A stretch of DNA of 61,061 nucleotides, filler included, from 8 parts of 8 records of this genome joined end to end with filler, not necessarily neighbours in it, one strand, 5' to 3'. Shown: positions 33,795-45,093, counted from the first letter of the whole stretch. The notes: generated from the sequence alone by a model not told the origin. Numbers and translations are program-made.

Positions 33795-36221
33795 ATGAAG
33801 CTATTCACAAGAACAGCATTACTTACATTTGTATTTATACTTCTTTCACTTGTTTTTTTTGGTTCTGCATATGCAGTTGAAAGAAACAACGATCCTACCT
33901 TTGATATTATTACCAATATTGAACTTACCGATAGAAGCGACCAACCACTGAATGGTACTGATTATCCTAAAGACACTGAAATTAAATTAACTTATCATTT
34001 TGAAATTCCTGGTGGAGCAATTGATATTGATGACGCTCCTGATATTGCTGACCATTTTACTTTAGAAGTCCCATCAGAAGTTGAGGTTCCTGCAATTAAC
34101 GGTATGGATATATATTTAGATGGTAGTTCTGTTGTAGTTGCTACTCTAGATTCTATTCCTGCAAGCAATCAACTTGTATTAACTTTTACACCAGATGCAT
34201 TTACTCCTAGCGGTATTGTAGGGAACTTTTGGTTTTACAGTAATTTTGATGAGAATAATGTCGGCATGACCGAGCCAGTTGAAATTTCTTTTGATATAGG
34301 GCAGGTTTTACCTGGTAATGATATTACCTATAATATAGATTTTGAACAGCCGCCACTTCAATCCAGCAAACAGAGTTCTAGCTATGATCCTGTAACAAAA
34401 CGTATAACATGGCAGATTGATGTAAACGAGAGTGGCTTAGTTGTAGATGACTTTGGTATTATTGATTCCTTGCCAGATGAAATAGACTTTGTAGATGGAA
34501 CGCTTGAAATTGATGGTGGAACTTATGTTGTAAATCCTGCAGATTATAGTTATGACGATACAGGATCACCCAAAATACTTACATATAATTTTCCGGCGCA
34601 AGTAACGCAGGCGCACACGATAACATATCAAACCACAGTATCTGATGCGGCACTTAATGCTGCTCAAGGCAATCAATTGGTTATATCAAATTCAGCTGAC
34701 ATGACAGTGAACGGTTTTCCTATGGATATGAATGAAACGCCAGCTTTGATCCCAATTAATGTAATGGAAAAAAGCGTTGCTACTGGTGGTAGTACAAGGG
34801 AAACTGATTGGACGATAGATGTAAATCAATCTTTGTTAAATATAAACGGTGCAAGCGTTACGGATACTATTCCTTTAGATGTAGAGGTGCTTACTAATAC
34901 AATTATGGTTGATGGTGTTCAAATTTTTTCTGGTACAGGCGTGGATGAATATCAGCTTACTGGTGTTCCAAGTACTGGTGAAACCCTAACCATTAATTTG
35001 GGTGATATTACTGGCGCAAAACAAATTACTTATACAACGAGAATGACTGATGCGATATATTATACACAAGGTAGTGAAGTGCTTACGAACTCAGCAGTTT
35101 TAAGCCCAGATCCAACTTTTCCTAATCACCAAGATTCTGCAACAATTACGCCAAATACCCAAGTGCTACGAAAAACAGGACCTCTTATGATCGTGCAACT
35201 GGTAGGCTTTCTTGGGTTATATATGTAAACCCACATGAAATGGGGCTTACAAATGTTGTTGTTACCGATACTATACCAACGGATCAAACGTTTGAATCTG
35301 GCACATTTTATGTGACTGATGGGGATGACGTTGCTTTTGATGTAGGTAATACGGGTCTTAGTTTTGTAGGCGGAAACGATTTTTTCACTTACACTTTTCC
35401 AGCTTCAATTACTGATGATTATATCATACGATACGAAACACAAGTGGTTGATTCTGATGTATACCAAGGAAATCATCCAAACGTAACATTTGATAACGAC
35501 GTTACTATGTCGTATGGTGAAGGAACTGATGCTGTCACAAATGCATCGCAAACGGTTACAAGTGAAATTATTGAAAAAAATGATGATGGATACGATTATA
35601 CTACAAGATATATGTCTTGGGTTATCCAAATAAACGAAAACCAAAATGATCTTACAGGTGTGGTGGTTAATGACGCAATGAGCGCGGATCAGGATTTTGT
35701 TGCTGGTAGTTTTAAAATCTACAGAGGCGATGAAACAACTGGTGTAGATGTAACAGGAGACGCAGGTGTTGGTGCTTTTGTGCTTGATGCAATTAACGAC
35801 GAATTCGAATATACATTTGTAGGAACTATAAATGAAACATATACCATTACGTTTCAAACGGAGTTTGTAGACTTAACTCAGTTGGAACAAAATGCAACTA
35901 TATCCATAAACAATGAAGCAATCATAGATCATACTGGGATTAGCCCGCCAGATACTTCGCAAACGAGTGGAGATATTGTGTCGGAGGTTATCAGTAAATC
36001 TGATAATTATACCACTGGGCAAAACTATATTAATTGGGAGATTGTTGTAAACCGAAATGAAATTGAATTGACTGATGTTGTTGTGACAGATGTACTTCCT
36101 TTAGGTTTAGAGCTTGAAACTACATCAATAGAGCTTTGGAACTTAGATCTTCAAGCCGACAACAGCGTAGTAGAGACAACAGAAGTAGTGCTTACTGCAA
36201 GCGATATAGCTTATGACTTAG
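33795..36221 (+). CDS. large secreted/surface protein with repeated Cna/collagen-binding Ig-like domains; frameshift near 35180; 3' truncated
   Basis: Signal peptide; repeats of K..YD...I.W.I.VN and V.D.LP; the shifted frame reads TSYDRATGRLSWVIYVN into the second ORF. Confidence 0.8.
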
Positions 36222-36321
36222 NNNNNNNNNNNNNNNNNNNNNNNNNNNNNNNNNNNNNNNNNNNNTTAATTAATTAANNNNNNNNNNNNNNNNNNNNNNN
36301 NNNNNNNNNNNNNNNNNNNNN
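36222..36321. other. artificial contig linker
   Basis: Ns plus TTAATTAATTAA. Confidence 0.99.
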
Positions 36322-36422
36322 TTTTTTTCGTCTTTTATTTTGTTAACAAGCACCTTTGCATGATTGTTTTGGCATATTATCTCTCTAACTGGATGCTCCA
36401 GGTATAATATTTTTCTATACAT
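36322..36422 (-). CDS. 5' fragment of the gene after fliG (FliH by synteny)
   Basis: ATG overlaps the fliG stop; MYRKILYLEHPVREII... is open to the contig end. Confidence 0.45.
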
Positions 36423-37425
36423 ATACTTCTTTTTCTCCGATGGTGGGCATCGCTATATCACCAGATTCTGATAACTGTTTGATTTGCATCGATATTTGCA
36501 GCTGTTTTTCTTCCACATCACGCAAACGAACTTTGCCAAGATATTCCACTTCTTCTTCTAACATTGTTCGGGCTCTGTCAGACATATTTCTGAAAATGCG
36601 TTCCTTGAGTTCTGGATTTGCCACTTTCAGGGCTATCGCTAACTCTTTCAGATCCACGTCACGCAAAACTCGCTGAATATCTTTATCTTCTAATCGAAGA
36701 ATCATTTCGAACGTGAACATTCGCTTTTCCACTTCAGCAGCTAATTCAGGATCTTCTTTTGCCAATACCCCCATCATACTTTTTTCTACAGCTTGCCCCA
36801 CATGGTTCAAAATGCCCGCTGTTTTATCTACGCCAATAATTTCTTCGTGTTGAATCCGCAAGTCAAGCATTGATGATAAAACATGTTCCACATCATTCAC
36901 CAGACTCGCATCAATCCGTTCCATTTTGGCCAACCGCGTAATGACTTTAGCCCGGAGATCAGGTATCAACTGAGAAAAGATATTACCTGCCTGTTCTTGT
37001 TCCAATTGCGATAAGATAAATGCGACCGTTTGTGGATTTTCATCATTTAAAACATTTATAAATTGATCACGGTGTAATTGGCATATTCCGTCAAGATCAT
37101 GCATTCTGGATGAACGGCGGACTCTTTCTATAATTTTCATTGCATGGGATGTATCAAGGGCCTCAACAAGAACTTGTTTCGCATATTCAATTCCACCAAC
37201 AGCCATATACTTTTTGGCCATAACCATATCGCCAAACTCAGCGGCGATAGCTTCAATTTCTTCAGCAGGTATGTTTTCCAGCGATGTCATTTCCCTTGTC
37301 AGAATTTCTATTTCCCGATCACTCAGCTCGCGGAAAATCTGGGCAGCCACAGTCGTACCCAGGCCAATTAGAAAAATGGCGGCTTTTCGAATTCCTTTAT
37401 TCGTTTTTATAGCTGCAGGCGCCAA
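36415..37425 (-). CDS. fliG: flagellar motor switch protein FliG
   Basis: KAAIFL, GGIEYAK, ENPQTVAFIL, MFTFE, NMSDRA. Confidence 0.95.
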   Translation of the reverse strand: MAPAAIKTNKGIRKAAIFLIGLGTTVAAQIFRELSDREIEILTREMTSLENIPAEEIEAIAAEFGDMVMAKKYMAVGGIEYAKQVLVEALDTSHAMKIIERVRRSSRMHDLDGICQLHRDQFINVLNDENPQTVAFILSQLEQEQAGNIFSQLIPDLRAKVITRLAKMERIDASLVNDVEHVLSSMLDLRIQHEEIIGVDKTAGILNHVGQAVEKSMMGVLAKEDPELAAEVEKRMFTFEMILRLEDKDIQRVLRDVDLKELAIALKVANPELKERIFRNMSDRARTMLEEEVEYLGKVRLRDVEEKQLQISMQIKQLSESGDIAMPTIGEKEVYV

Positions 37426-38991
37426 TTAATCCTCCAACATCCAGGATTTGATCAATTGAGCAGCACTTGTTGGATTAGTTTGCACAAAATCTTTAACTTC
37501 TTCATTTACTGGGTCAATTTGTCCTGATTCATTTTCCGATACCTCAGATAAGCTAATGCCAGGGATATTTTTATCAATAACATCATTCCCCTGAGCACCA
37601 CTAATATACTTTTGAGAGTCCGCATTTAATTGAGTGCTCATGTTCAACAAGCTTTGTTTCGCTTTCTTGAGTTTTGATCGCACAACAAAAAAACCTCCAA
37701 TTAAAAGTAACACCAATAATATTTTTTGGATTAGAGGAGCATATTTTTCCCACAAAGTTGGTTTGACATCAGTAAAATCATATGCTGCCCAGGGATTTTC
37801 AAAAGGTACACACTGTATATCTATCTGGTCATTTCGCTCTGTATTAATACCAACTGCATTTCGAACCATTAACGAGAATCTGGCTAATTCTTCATCACTT
37901 CGTGGGATAAACTCTTCAACAGTTTCACCAGACTCATTTTCTGTCTCTTCATATTTGCCGTTTACAAGTACTGAAACAGACAAGCGTTCGATGCTCCCAA
38001 TATCATTTACAACGCGCTCGATAGACTTGGGTAACTGATAATTTGTTATCCTGTGTTCTGATATATTTTCACCACCACGTGCAGAATCCTGGAATGTTTG
38101 ACTTTCTTCTTCCTCACTTAAAACAGCAGCCAGTTCCTGATCGTACATTTCACTTGTTTTTTCAATTTGGCGAAAATCTAATTCTGCACTTAGTCTGACG
38201 ATCGAATGCCCCGGCCCCAAAACCTGATCCAACATAGATTGTGCTTTATCTTGCAGGTAAGACTCAACTTTCATCTGAAGTTCAAGTTGACCATTATTGA
38301 GTCCTGCCAGGGTGTCGGAACGTTTTTGCAAAGATAATATTTTTCCATGATTGTCGACAATGGTGACATTATCCTCTGTGAGTCCTTCTACACTGCCGGC
38401 TACGAGAAGTGTCATGCCTGTAATCTGCTGTTCACTCAGCTTAATACCACTTTGCAAAGACAGAAATATTGAAGCAGTAGGTTCTTTTTGATCTTCTTTA
38501 AATAATCGCTGTTTTGGAAATACAATATGCACTCTTGCCTTGTGCACCTCAGGCATCGTTTGAATTGTACGAACTAACTCACCCTCCAGAGCGCGACGAT
38601 AATTGACTTGTTGAACAAACTCGGATATGCCAATATCCTTTTGATCGAAAATTTCGTATCCTAATCCTGTATTTAAAGTCAGGTTCTTGGAAGCCAATTT
38701 CATTCGATACTCGTAAACATTTTTACGGGGTACCAAAATGCTACGACCATCCTGTACAATTTTATATGGAATATTATCATTTTTCAGCTCTTCAATGACA
38801 GCCTGGGCACCAGCAGGTTCGAGATCGGCTACAAGTGTTGCATATTCCGGTTGAGTTGCCCATCTTAACACAGCGGCTGTGCCTATGATGGTTAGGATGA
38901 ATACCATCAGCATTGTCATCCTTTGCGCTGGAGACAATCTATCAAATGGAGTACCAAGTTTTTGTCTGATTTTTTCTAAAATATCTGCCAT
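37426..38991 (-). CDS. fliF: flagellar MS-ring protein FliF
   Basis: GYEIFD, RALEGEL, ARVHIV, PTASI; two TM helices. Confidence 0.95.
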   Translation of the reverse strand: MADILEKIRQKLGTPFDRLSPAQRMTMLMVFILTIIGTAAVLRWATQPEYATLVADLEPAGAQAVIEELKNDNIPYKIVQDGRSILVPRKNVYEYRMKLASKNLTLNTGLGYEIFDQKDIGISEFVQQVNYRRALEGELVRTIQTMPEVHKARVHIVFPKQRLFKEDQKEPTASIFLSLQSGIKLSEQQITGMTLLVAGSVEGLTEDNVTIVDNHGKILSLQKRSDTLAGLNNGQLELQMKVESYLQDKAQSMLDQVLGPGHSIVRLSAELDFRQIEKTSEMYDQELAAVLSEEEESQTFQDSARGGENISEHRITNYQLPKSIERVVNDIGSIERLSVSVLVNGKYEETENESGETVEEFIPRSDEELARFSLMVRNAVGINTERNDQIDIQCVPFENPWAAYDFTDVKPTLWEKYAPLIQKILLVLLLIGGFFVVRSKLKKAKQSLLNMSTQLNADSQKYISGAQGNDVIDKNIPGISLSEVSENESGQIDPVNEEVKDFVQTNPTSAAQLIKSWMLED

Positions 38992-39049
38992 GTACCTTTA
39001 ATATTTCCTGTTTAAATTCAGTTTGCTTTTACTCCGGTTTTTACCTCTA

Positions 39050-39346
39050 TTACATCTGCATCCTGGTCACTTCTCTAAAGGCCTCAACAAGTTTATTTCT
39101 TACTTCCAGAACTAATTCTAAACCTACTCCTGCTTTTTCCGATGCGATCATAACATCATGTACATCTTCAATTTCTCCGCTTGCAAACTGTTCAGCTATT
39201 TCACCAGCGTTTAATTGAGTATCATTAATCTCATTTAAAATCTTTCCAACTCGATCTGAAAATGATGTTATGTCATTCTTTTCAACATTTGAATTGGGCT
39301 TTTGTGGTGTAATCGGTAAATTAGATATGGAGGATATTGTACTCAT
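39050..39346 (-). CDS. fliE: flagellar hook-basal body protein FliE
   Basis: DVHDVMIA, VRNKLVEAFRE..RMQM. Confidence 0.93.
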   Translation of the reverse strand: MSTISSISNLPITPQKPNSNVEKNDITSFSDRVGKILNEINDTQLNAGEIAEQFASGEIEDVHDVMIASEKAGVGLELVLEVRNKLVEAFREVTRMQM

Positions 39347-39362
39347 TAGCTTTTTCCATTTA

Positions 39363-39719
39363 TTATGAGGATAAATCTAATTTTTTACCAACAACTAAAT
39401 TGTTCTGCGTAAGTGCTTGTGCCTGATAGGCAGAAACACCCCACGATGTATTATTATTATTGAATAGTTGATGTATCATGGCTTGTTCTTCAACACTAAG
39501 GACATCTGAAAGTGATTCCGGCATTTTCTTTTCTGACTCTTTAACTCCAGCACTTGATGAAATGTCGACATTATCTTCCTGAATTCGCTGTACATTATTA
39601 TTCGCTGTATTCTGTACAGGAGTTGAATTTTCAGATGAATTATTTATGTCCTTACGGGGAGTTATATCCATCTTGTTCTGAAGATTAAAAAGAGAATAAG
39701 TTGGAGAATCAATTTTCAT
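39363..39719 (-). CDS. hypothetical protein within the flagellar operon
   Basis: ORF between flgC and fliE; C-terminal GKKLDL. Confidence 0.65.
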   Translation of the reverse strand: MKIDSPTYSLFNLQNKMDITPRKDINNSSENSTPVQNTANNNVQRIQEDNVDISSSAGVKESEKKMPESLSDVLSVEEQAMIHQLFNNNNTSWGVSAYQAQALTQNNLVVGKKLDLSS

Positions 39720-39900
39720 ATTTTTCCCTTGTTCTAAAAGTGATACAAAACATTACTTTTAATCCGACAAAAATTTTCAGAGTTAATTATGACTTTTCTA
39801 AAAGATTTTTCTGTATGAAAAGTATGCTTAATCCGGCAAAACAGGATTAATATTATAATGCGGCTTCTAATTCAGCACAAAATTCCATATCAGGTTCATA

Positions 39901-40401
39901 CTATATTTCAAGGGCTTTATTAAACATGTCTTTTGCTGAATTAATAACGGTTGCATTGGCTTCATATGCACGTGCGGCGGACATTAACTCGACCATTTCA
40001 CCAATAGGATCAATATCAGCAACTTTAAGGTATCCCTCATCATTGGACATGGGATGATCCGGTGCATAAATAAGCTTTGTTTGTTGTGAGGCATTTTCAA
40101 CAATCGCTGCGTTAACTCCAGAGTCTCCTCCGCCAAGATTTTTCCTATTAGAAAGATTTGAAAAGTGTTGCGATGATGTTTTGCTTAATGTTAATTTTTG
40201 CCTGTTTACAAGAGATTGAAATCCGTTATTATTGTCAACAACGGTAAATCTTATATCCTTCGCCCGATACGGTTCTCCAGTCTGTTCATCAACACTTTCT
40301 GAATTCGCAATATTTTGAGCCCTAACTTCCAGATTTTTCCTTTGTGCACTCAATCCTGAACCACTGATATTAAATACACCAAATATTTTACCAATTGACA
40401 T
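39901..40401 (-). CDS. flgC: flagellar basal-body rod protein FlgC
   Basis: SGLSAQR, NIANSE, YAPDHP, RAYEAN. Confidence 0.95.
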   Translation of the reverse strand: MSIGKIFGVFNISGSGLSAQRKNLEVRAQNIANSESVDEQTGEPYRAKDIRFTVVDNNNGFQSLVNRQKLTLSKTSSQHFSNLSNRKNLGGGDSGVNAAIVENASQQTKLIYAPDHPMSNDEGYLKVADIDPIGEMVELMSAARAYEANATVINSAKDMFNKALEI

Positions 40402-40414
40402 AATTTAATCCACC

Positions 40415-40816
40415 CTAGTTCTTGCCACGTATGGCTGAATGAAGTGATCTAAATTTTGCTGCCATAATTCTCGAGTTAGCTGAATAATACAATTGATTTT
40501 CAGCAGATTTGACCATTTCTTTATCCACATCCACATTATTTTCGCCACTGTATAGCTCCCGACTCTGATCTTCTGTATAATAAAGTTTTGATGAGCCCTG
40601 ACTAATATTTAAATGTCTACTATCTGATTGGAGCAGCTGCATGTTATCTCCACTTTTATCATTCAGGACTTTTTCAAAATCGACATCCTTTGTCTGGTAA
40701 TTGGGAGTTTCAACATTGGCAATATTTTCCGCAATGGCTCTCTGTCTGGCTGCAGCGCCATCCAAACATTTATTAAAAAATGGAATGTTTATTTTATCAA
40801 AAATTTTCTCAAACAA
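40415..40816 (-). CDS. flgB: flagellar basal-body rod protein FlgB (likely TTG start at 40816 after an AGAGGA RBS)
   Basis: NIANVETPNY, NNVDVDKEM. Confidence 0.93.
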   Translation of the reverse strand: MFEKIFDKINIPFFNKCLDGAAARQRAIAENIANVETPNYQTKDVDFEKVLNDKSGDNMQLLQSDSRHLNISQGSSKLYYTEDQSRELYSGENNVDVDKEMVKSAENQLYYSANSRIMAAKFRSLHSAIRGKN

Positions 40817-40860
40817 AATAAATTCCTCTTTAGAATACATAGTTTTCTCGTATTCTTAAA

Positions 40861-40876
40861 AGCAAGGCCCGTGCCA
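40861..40876 (-). promoter_or_regulatory. sigma-54 -24/-12 promoter of flgB
   Basis: Minus strand TGGCAC-GGGCC-TTGCT matches the consensus; a bEBP gene is adjacent. Confidence 0.85.
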
Positions 40877-40983
40877 TATTTCATGACACGGGCCTTTAAA
40901 AAGACTATTGTTTTATATATGCTTAGATGAGATAGATTTTCTGGTTTTTCAGGTAGGTCCTTAAAGAAGGGAAAAATTTACGT

Positions 40984-42342
40984 CTAGTGGGAATTTTCTT
41001 CCCTCACCATCTCCCCATATTCGCGAAGTTTATTTCGTAACGTTTTTACTGTTATTCCCAGTGCTTCAGCAGTCTTTGTTTTATTGTAACTATTCCTTTT
41101 CAATGATTTTATAATCAATTGTTTTTCGGCTTCATAAATGGTTACATCTTCTTCAGCAGTGAACAAGTATTCAAATAGATCTCGATACTCATCAACAAAA
41201 TAAAGATCTTCGCCTCGAATTAATTCTCCGGGAGTTGTGACAACGGCTTTTTCGATCGTATTTTGCAATTCCCTGACATTGCCGGGCCAATCATAGTCAC
41301 AGAGTCTTTCAATGGCAGAATCCGTAAGCTTTTTATTGACATTATTCTCCTCACAGTACAAATGTAAAAAATGTTCTGCCAGCGGTTGAATATCATCTTT
41401 TCGATTTCTGAGTGACGAAACATTAATCTTGACCACATTAAGTCGAAAATATAAATCTTTACGGAACTTACCATCTTTAACTTCTGCTTTGAGGTCTCTG
41501 TTGGTCGTTGCTATCACGCGTACATCGACGTTAATACTGTTACCACTACCGAGACGTTCAAATCTTTTATTTTGTAACACCCGTAATAATTTTGCCTGCA
41601 GATGTAAGCTCATTTCTCCAATTTCATCGAGGAGCAGAGTGCCACCATCGGCTAATTCAAATCGACCTTTTGTTCGGGCATGTGCACCTGTAAAAGCTCC
41701 TTTTTCAAACCCAAAGAGTTCGCTCTCTACCAGTGTATCCGGTAAAGCAGCACAATTAACTTTTACAAATGGTTTATCAACACGATTACTCGCCTGTTGA
41801 AGGGCATCAGCAACAACCTCTTTTCCAACTCCTGTTTCGCCTTCTACAAGCACTGTGGTTTTAGATGGTGCAACCATCTTTATCAGTTTTCGGATTCTGG
41901 CAAGGCACTCACTATTACCGAGTAAAGTAGATTCTAAAACATCGTGGCCATTTGTTTCTTCATTTTTTCCATATTTGAATCCTGTAACTCTATTGACAAT
42001 TTCTAATATTTCTTCAGCAGAAAAGGGTTTGGTAATATAGTCCAACGCACCTTTCCTCATTGCCTCTACGGCATTATCAATGGATCCAAAAGCTGTGCCA
42101 ATAACAACATTTGTATTGGGCTTCTTTCTTTTAATATATTCCAACACCTTAATACCACTTACCTGTGGTATTTTCAAATCGGTAAAAACAAGATCGTAAT
42201 CGTATTTTTCGACCGCAGCCAGGGCAGCTCTACCATCTCCAACAGAGGTAATGGAACAATTTGTTTTCTGAATTGCGGTTTCGATAAATCGTCTTACAAC
42301 CGGGTCATCTTCAACGACCAGAATATTTCCGTTCCGCACCAT
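40984..42342 (-). CDS. sigma-54-dependent response regulator (NtrC family, FlrC/FlgR-like)
   Basis: Receiver domain, GETGVGKE, GAFTGA, WPGNVREL, Fis HTH. Confidence 0.93.
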   Translation of the reverse strand: MVRNGNILVVEDDPVVRRFIETAIQKTNCSITSVGDGRAALAAVEKYDYDLVFTDLKIPQVSGIKVLEYIKRKKPNTNVVIGTAFGSIDNAVEAMRKGALDYITKPFSAEEILEIVNRVTGFKYGKNEETNGHDVLESTLLGNSECLARIRKLIKMVAPSKTTVLVEGETGVGKEVVADALQQASNRVDKPFVKVNCAALPDTLVESELFGFEKGAFTGAHARTKGRFELADGGTLLLDEIGEMSLHLQAKLLRVLQNKRFERLGSGNSINVDVRVIATTNRDLKAEVKDGKFRKDLYFRLNVVKINVSSLRNRKDDIQPLAEHFLHLYCEENNVNKKLTDSAIERLCDYDWPGNVRELQNTIEKAVVTTPGELIRGEDLYFVDEYRDLFEYLFTAEEDVTIYEAEKQLIIKSLKRNSYNKTKTAEALGITVKTLRNKLREYGEMVREENSH

Positions 42343-43059
42343 CCACTCCTCCTCTACAAATCGGTAAATCAATTACTACCTTCGTCCCTATGGATTTTTG
42401 ACTATCGATACTTATCATACCTTGATGAAAATTCACATAATTTCTAGCGATGATCAGTCCTAATCCACGCCCCTTATGTTTGGTCGTAAAAAAAGGTGTA
42501 AATAATTTATTTAATATTTTGGTCTCCATCCCCATCCCCGTATCTTGAATAATAATAGATGCCATTTCCGGAAATTTTTTTGTTTTATGTTTTTCTCCAC
42601 TGAAATTAAAATATTTCCCTTTCTTTTTGTCGCGTCAATAGCGTTTTCAAGTACTGTTGTTATAACTTGTTGTAACAAAACAATATCAGCCGACACCTGT
42701 AAACCTGGCTCTAATGGACCAAATTTACATTTTGAAATTTTATCACGCAAGTAATAGTCTACCACCTGTTCAATAAATGGCCCAATATCTACTTTAATAA
42801 AACAGGGATTAATTGGTCTGGACAATAAGTAAAGATCTTCTATAAATCCATCAATTTTAGCGATACAATCATCAATAACTTTTAATTCAACTTTATCGCT
42901 ATTAATATTTATTTCCTCTTTTAACATTGAAACAGATCCGGCGATCCCGGTCAATGGGTTCCTAATTTCATCAGCAATAGACTTGGCCATCTGTGACAAC
43001 AATCCAAAATCATTAAAATTATCAGGGGATGTTAAAGGCATACTAAAATCGCACTCCAT
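42311..43059 (-). CDS. sensor-less HisKA/HATPase kinase-like protein with H-box His replaced by Asp; frameshift at the T7 run 42575-42581
   Basis: IADEIRNPL, ENAIDA, DTGMG, PFFTTK, GRGLGL. Confidence 0.82.
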
Positions 43060-43105
43060 TCAAATCACATTCTCTCTCAACATATCATTATTGTGTGTAT
43101 AATTT

Positions 43106-43414
43106 CTAACTATTTTCATTTATTTTATCATAACAAAGGTCTAATTGAATAACCTCTCCACAGACACATTTAATAGATACGCCGGTTACCAGTCCACCCT
43201 CTTTGATATATTCAATCTCAGGACCACTTGAATTGGATTCCTCATTCACGACGATTGTATCTTTTGGCGTTTCAACTTTTTCAGTTTCACGTAACTCGAC
43301 TGATGAAGATTTAATAATTCCAGCATTGTCATATCTCAAATTGTTCCCGGATTGTCTTTTAATCCAGGAAGGATATGCTTCAAATTTCTTTTTTGGATTC
43401 TTGGGTTCCATCAC
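43106..43414 (-). CDS. hypothetical protein with C-terminal CxCG motif
   Basis: ...VTGVSIKCVCGEVIQL; first gene of the kinase/bEBP unit. Confidence 0.6.
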   Translation of the reverse strand: MMEPKNPKKKFEAYPSWIKRQSGNNLRYDNAGIIKSSSVELRETEKVETPKDTIVVNEESNSSGPEIEYIKEGGLVTGVSIKCVCGEVIQLDLCYDKINENS

Positions 43415-43969
43415 AAGTTTACTTTAATGGGTTAACTATATTTACCAGTTATGATTATATACCGTTAATCACAGGAAATAGCGTAAAAATATTTTAATAA
43501 ATATAAAAGACGTTTGATTAATCTAATGATGTGCCGAAGTAAGATGCGGGACTTTTAGTAGCAGGTAATAATTCAAAAAATAAAAATAACAATAACTTTC
43601 GGCTTGGGAAGATAAACATTAAAACGTGATTAAAATAATCCCTTTACAAAGGCAAGTAAAAAAACGAATCAAAAAAAATAATATAGCACTCATTTTGCTA
43701 TATCTTCCTCAAGATGTGCCTTTCAAGGCCATTTAATTATTCTTTTTTTAATCGCTCTATGTTCTCCCTACTTTCCTCCCTTGTGTTATGATACTAAAAA
43801 CAACTTTTTAAATCAAGCTTTTTAATGAAAAAATAATAAATTAAACGCATTATTTTACCCTATATTTTTACAAATATGAAAATATAACAGAATTATTTAT
43901 TGTTTAATCAAGGTAACTTTCACTCAAAAAGAATTAACAAAGAACTTTTAAAACCTGAGGAAGGATAAT

Positions 43970-44653
43970 ATGGATAAAATTTGGTATTTAAAGCGTATCA
44001 ACATTTTTGCAGGTCTGAGTGAATCAGAAATGATATGGCTTGATAAAATTTCAGAAATGCGAAAATATGCACGAAATCAACCCATCTTTATGCCCGGTAC
44101 TCCCTCGGATAAAATTTATTTATTGAAACGTGGAAAAGTAAAAATTAAAGATCTTTCATCTGACGGCAAGGAATTTATTTTAGATATTCTGGATTCCGGA
44201 GAAATATTTGGAGAATTCGCCTTTATAGATGAAAAAATTTCAAATACTATGGCTGAAGCGCTCGAAGACGTGTATATTTGTGAGGTGAAACGAAAAGATT
44301 TTGAGGATTTGCTAAAAAGAAACCCTGAAATGTCATTGCGGATCACAAAACTTCTTGGATTACGGCGAAAAGAACTGGAATCGAGATTATCTGATCTGAT
44401 ATTCAGGGATGTTCATTCACGACTGGCACAACTTATCATTGACCTTGGAGAAAAATATGGCAATCATCATGACAGAGGTAAGATTATCAGACTCAGACTA
44501 ACACACTATGATATCGCCTCCCTTATTGGATCAACAAGAGAAACAACAACAATCTGCTTAAACGATTTCAAACGACAAGGCTATATTGACATCATTAGTA
44601 AAAAAATCATTATTTTAGACCACAAAGGTTTAAAAAATAGTATCCGCTTTTAA
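43970..44653 (+). CDS. Crp/Fnr family transcriptional regulator
   Basis: GEIFGE cNMP-binding fold; HTH IASLIGSTRETT. Confidence 0.92.
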   Translation: MDKIWYLKRINIFAGLSESEMIWLDKISEMRKYARNQPIFMPGTPSDKIYLLKRGKVKIKDLSSDGKEFILDILDSGEIFGEFAFIDEKISNTMAEALEDVYICEVKRKDFEDLLKRNPEMSLRITKLLGLRRKELESRLSDLIFRDVHSRLAQLIIDLGEKYGNHHDRGKIIRLRLTHYDIASLIGSTRETTTICLNDFKRQGYIDIISKKIIILDHKGLKNSIRF

Positions 44654-44758
44654 TCAAATATAATAGAACTGCCTATGGCTTGGATCATGAAACAAATTCC
44701 TATTTATAGTTGTTAAAAGCCTAAACAATAGTATGTGAAATTGCTTAAGGTTGATTGA

Positions 44759-44910
44759 ATGGTGAGGAAAAAGTATTTCTTTTTTCTGTTATATCTGCTC
44801 TTTTTTTGCATAACCCGTTGTTCGGATCATATTACATCAGAATGCTCTGATTCATTAACGAACCTACCAGATAATTTAGTCACTGCTGAATTTAGCATTA
44901 TTCAACAAAA
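44759..44910 (+). CDS. 5' fragment of a probable lipoprotein
   Basis: Hydrophobic leader ending in Cys; truncated by the linker. Confidence 0.45.
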
Positions 44911-45010
44911 NNNNNNNNNNNNNNNNNNNNNNNNNNNNNNNNNNNNNNNNNNNNTTAATTAATTAANNNNNNNNNNNNNNNNNNNNNNNNNNNNNNNNNN
45001 NNNNNNNNNN
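44911..45010. other. artificial contig linker
   Basis: Ns plus TTAATTAATTAA. Confidence 0.99.
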
Positions 45011-45093
45011 GGGAGCCTTGGCCGGATTCAACGAAGGCGTTGAAGAGAGCGTGCTTACGGTTGAGTAAGGTCGCAGTTCTGAGTTAGTCAATA

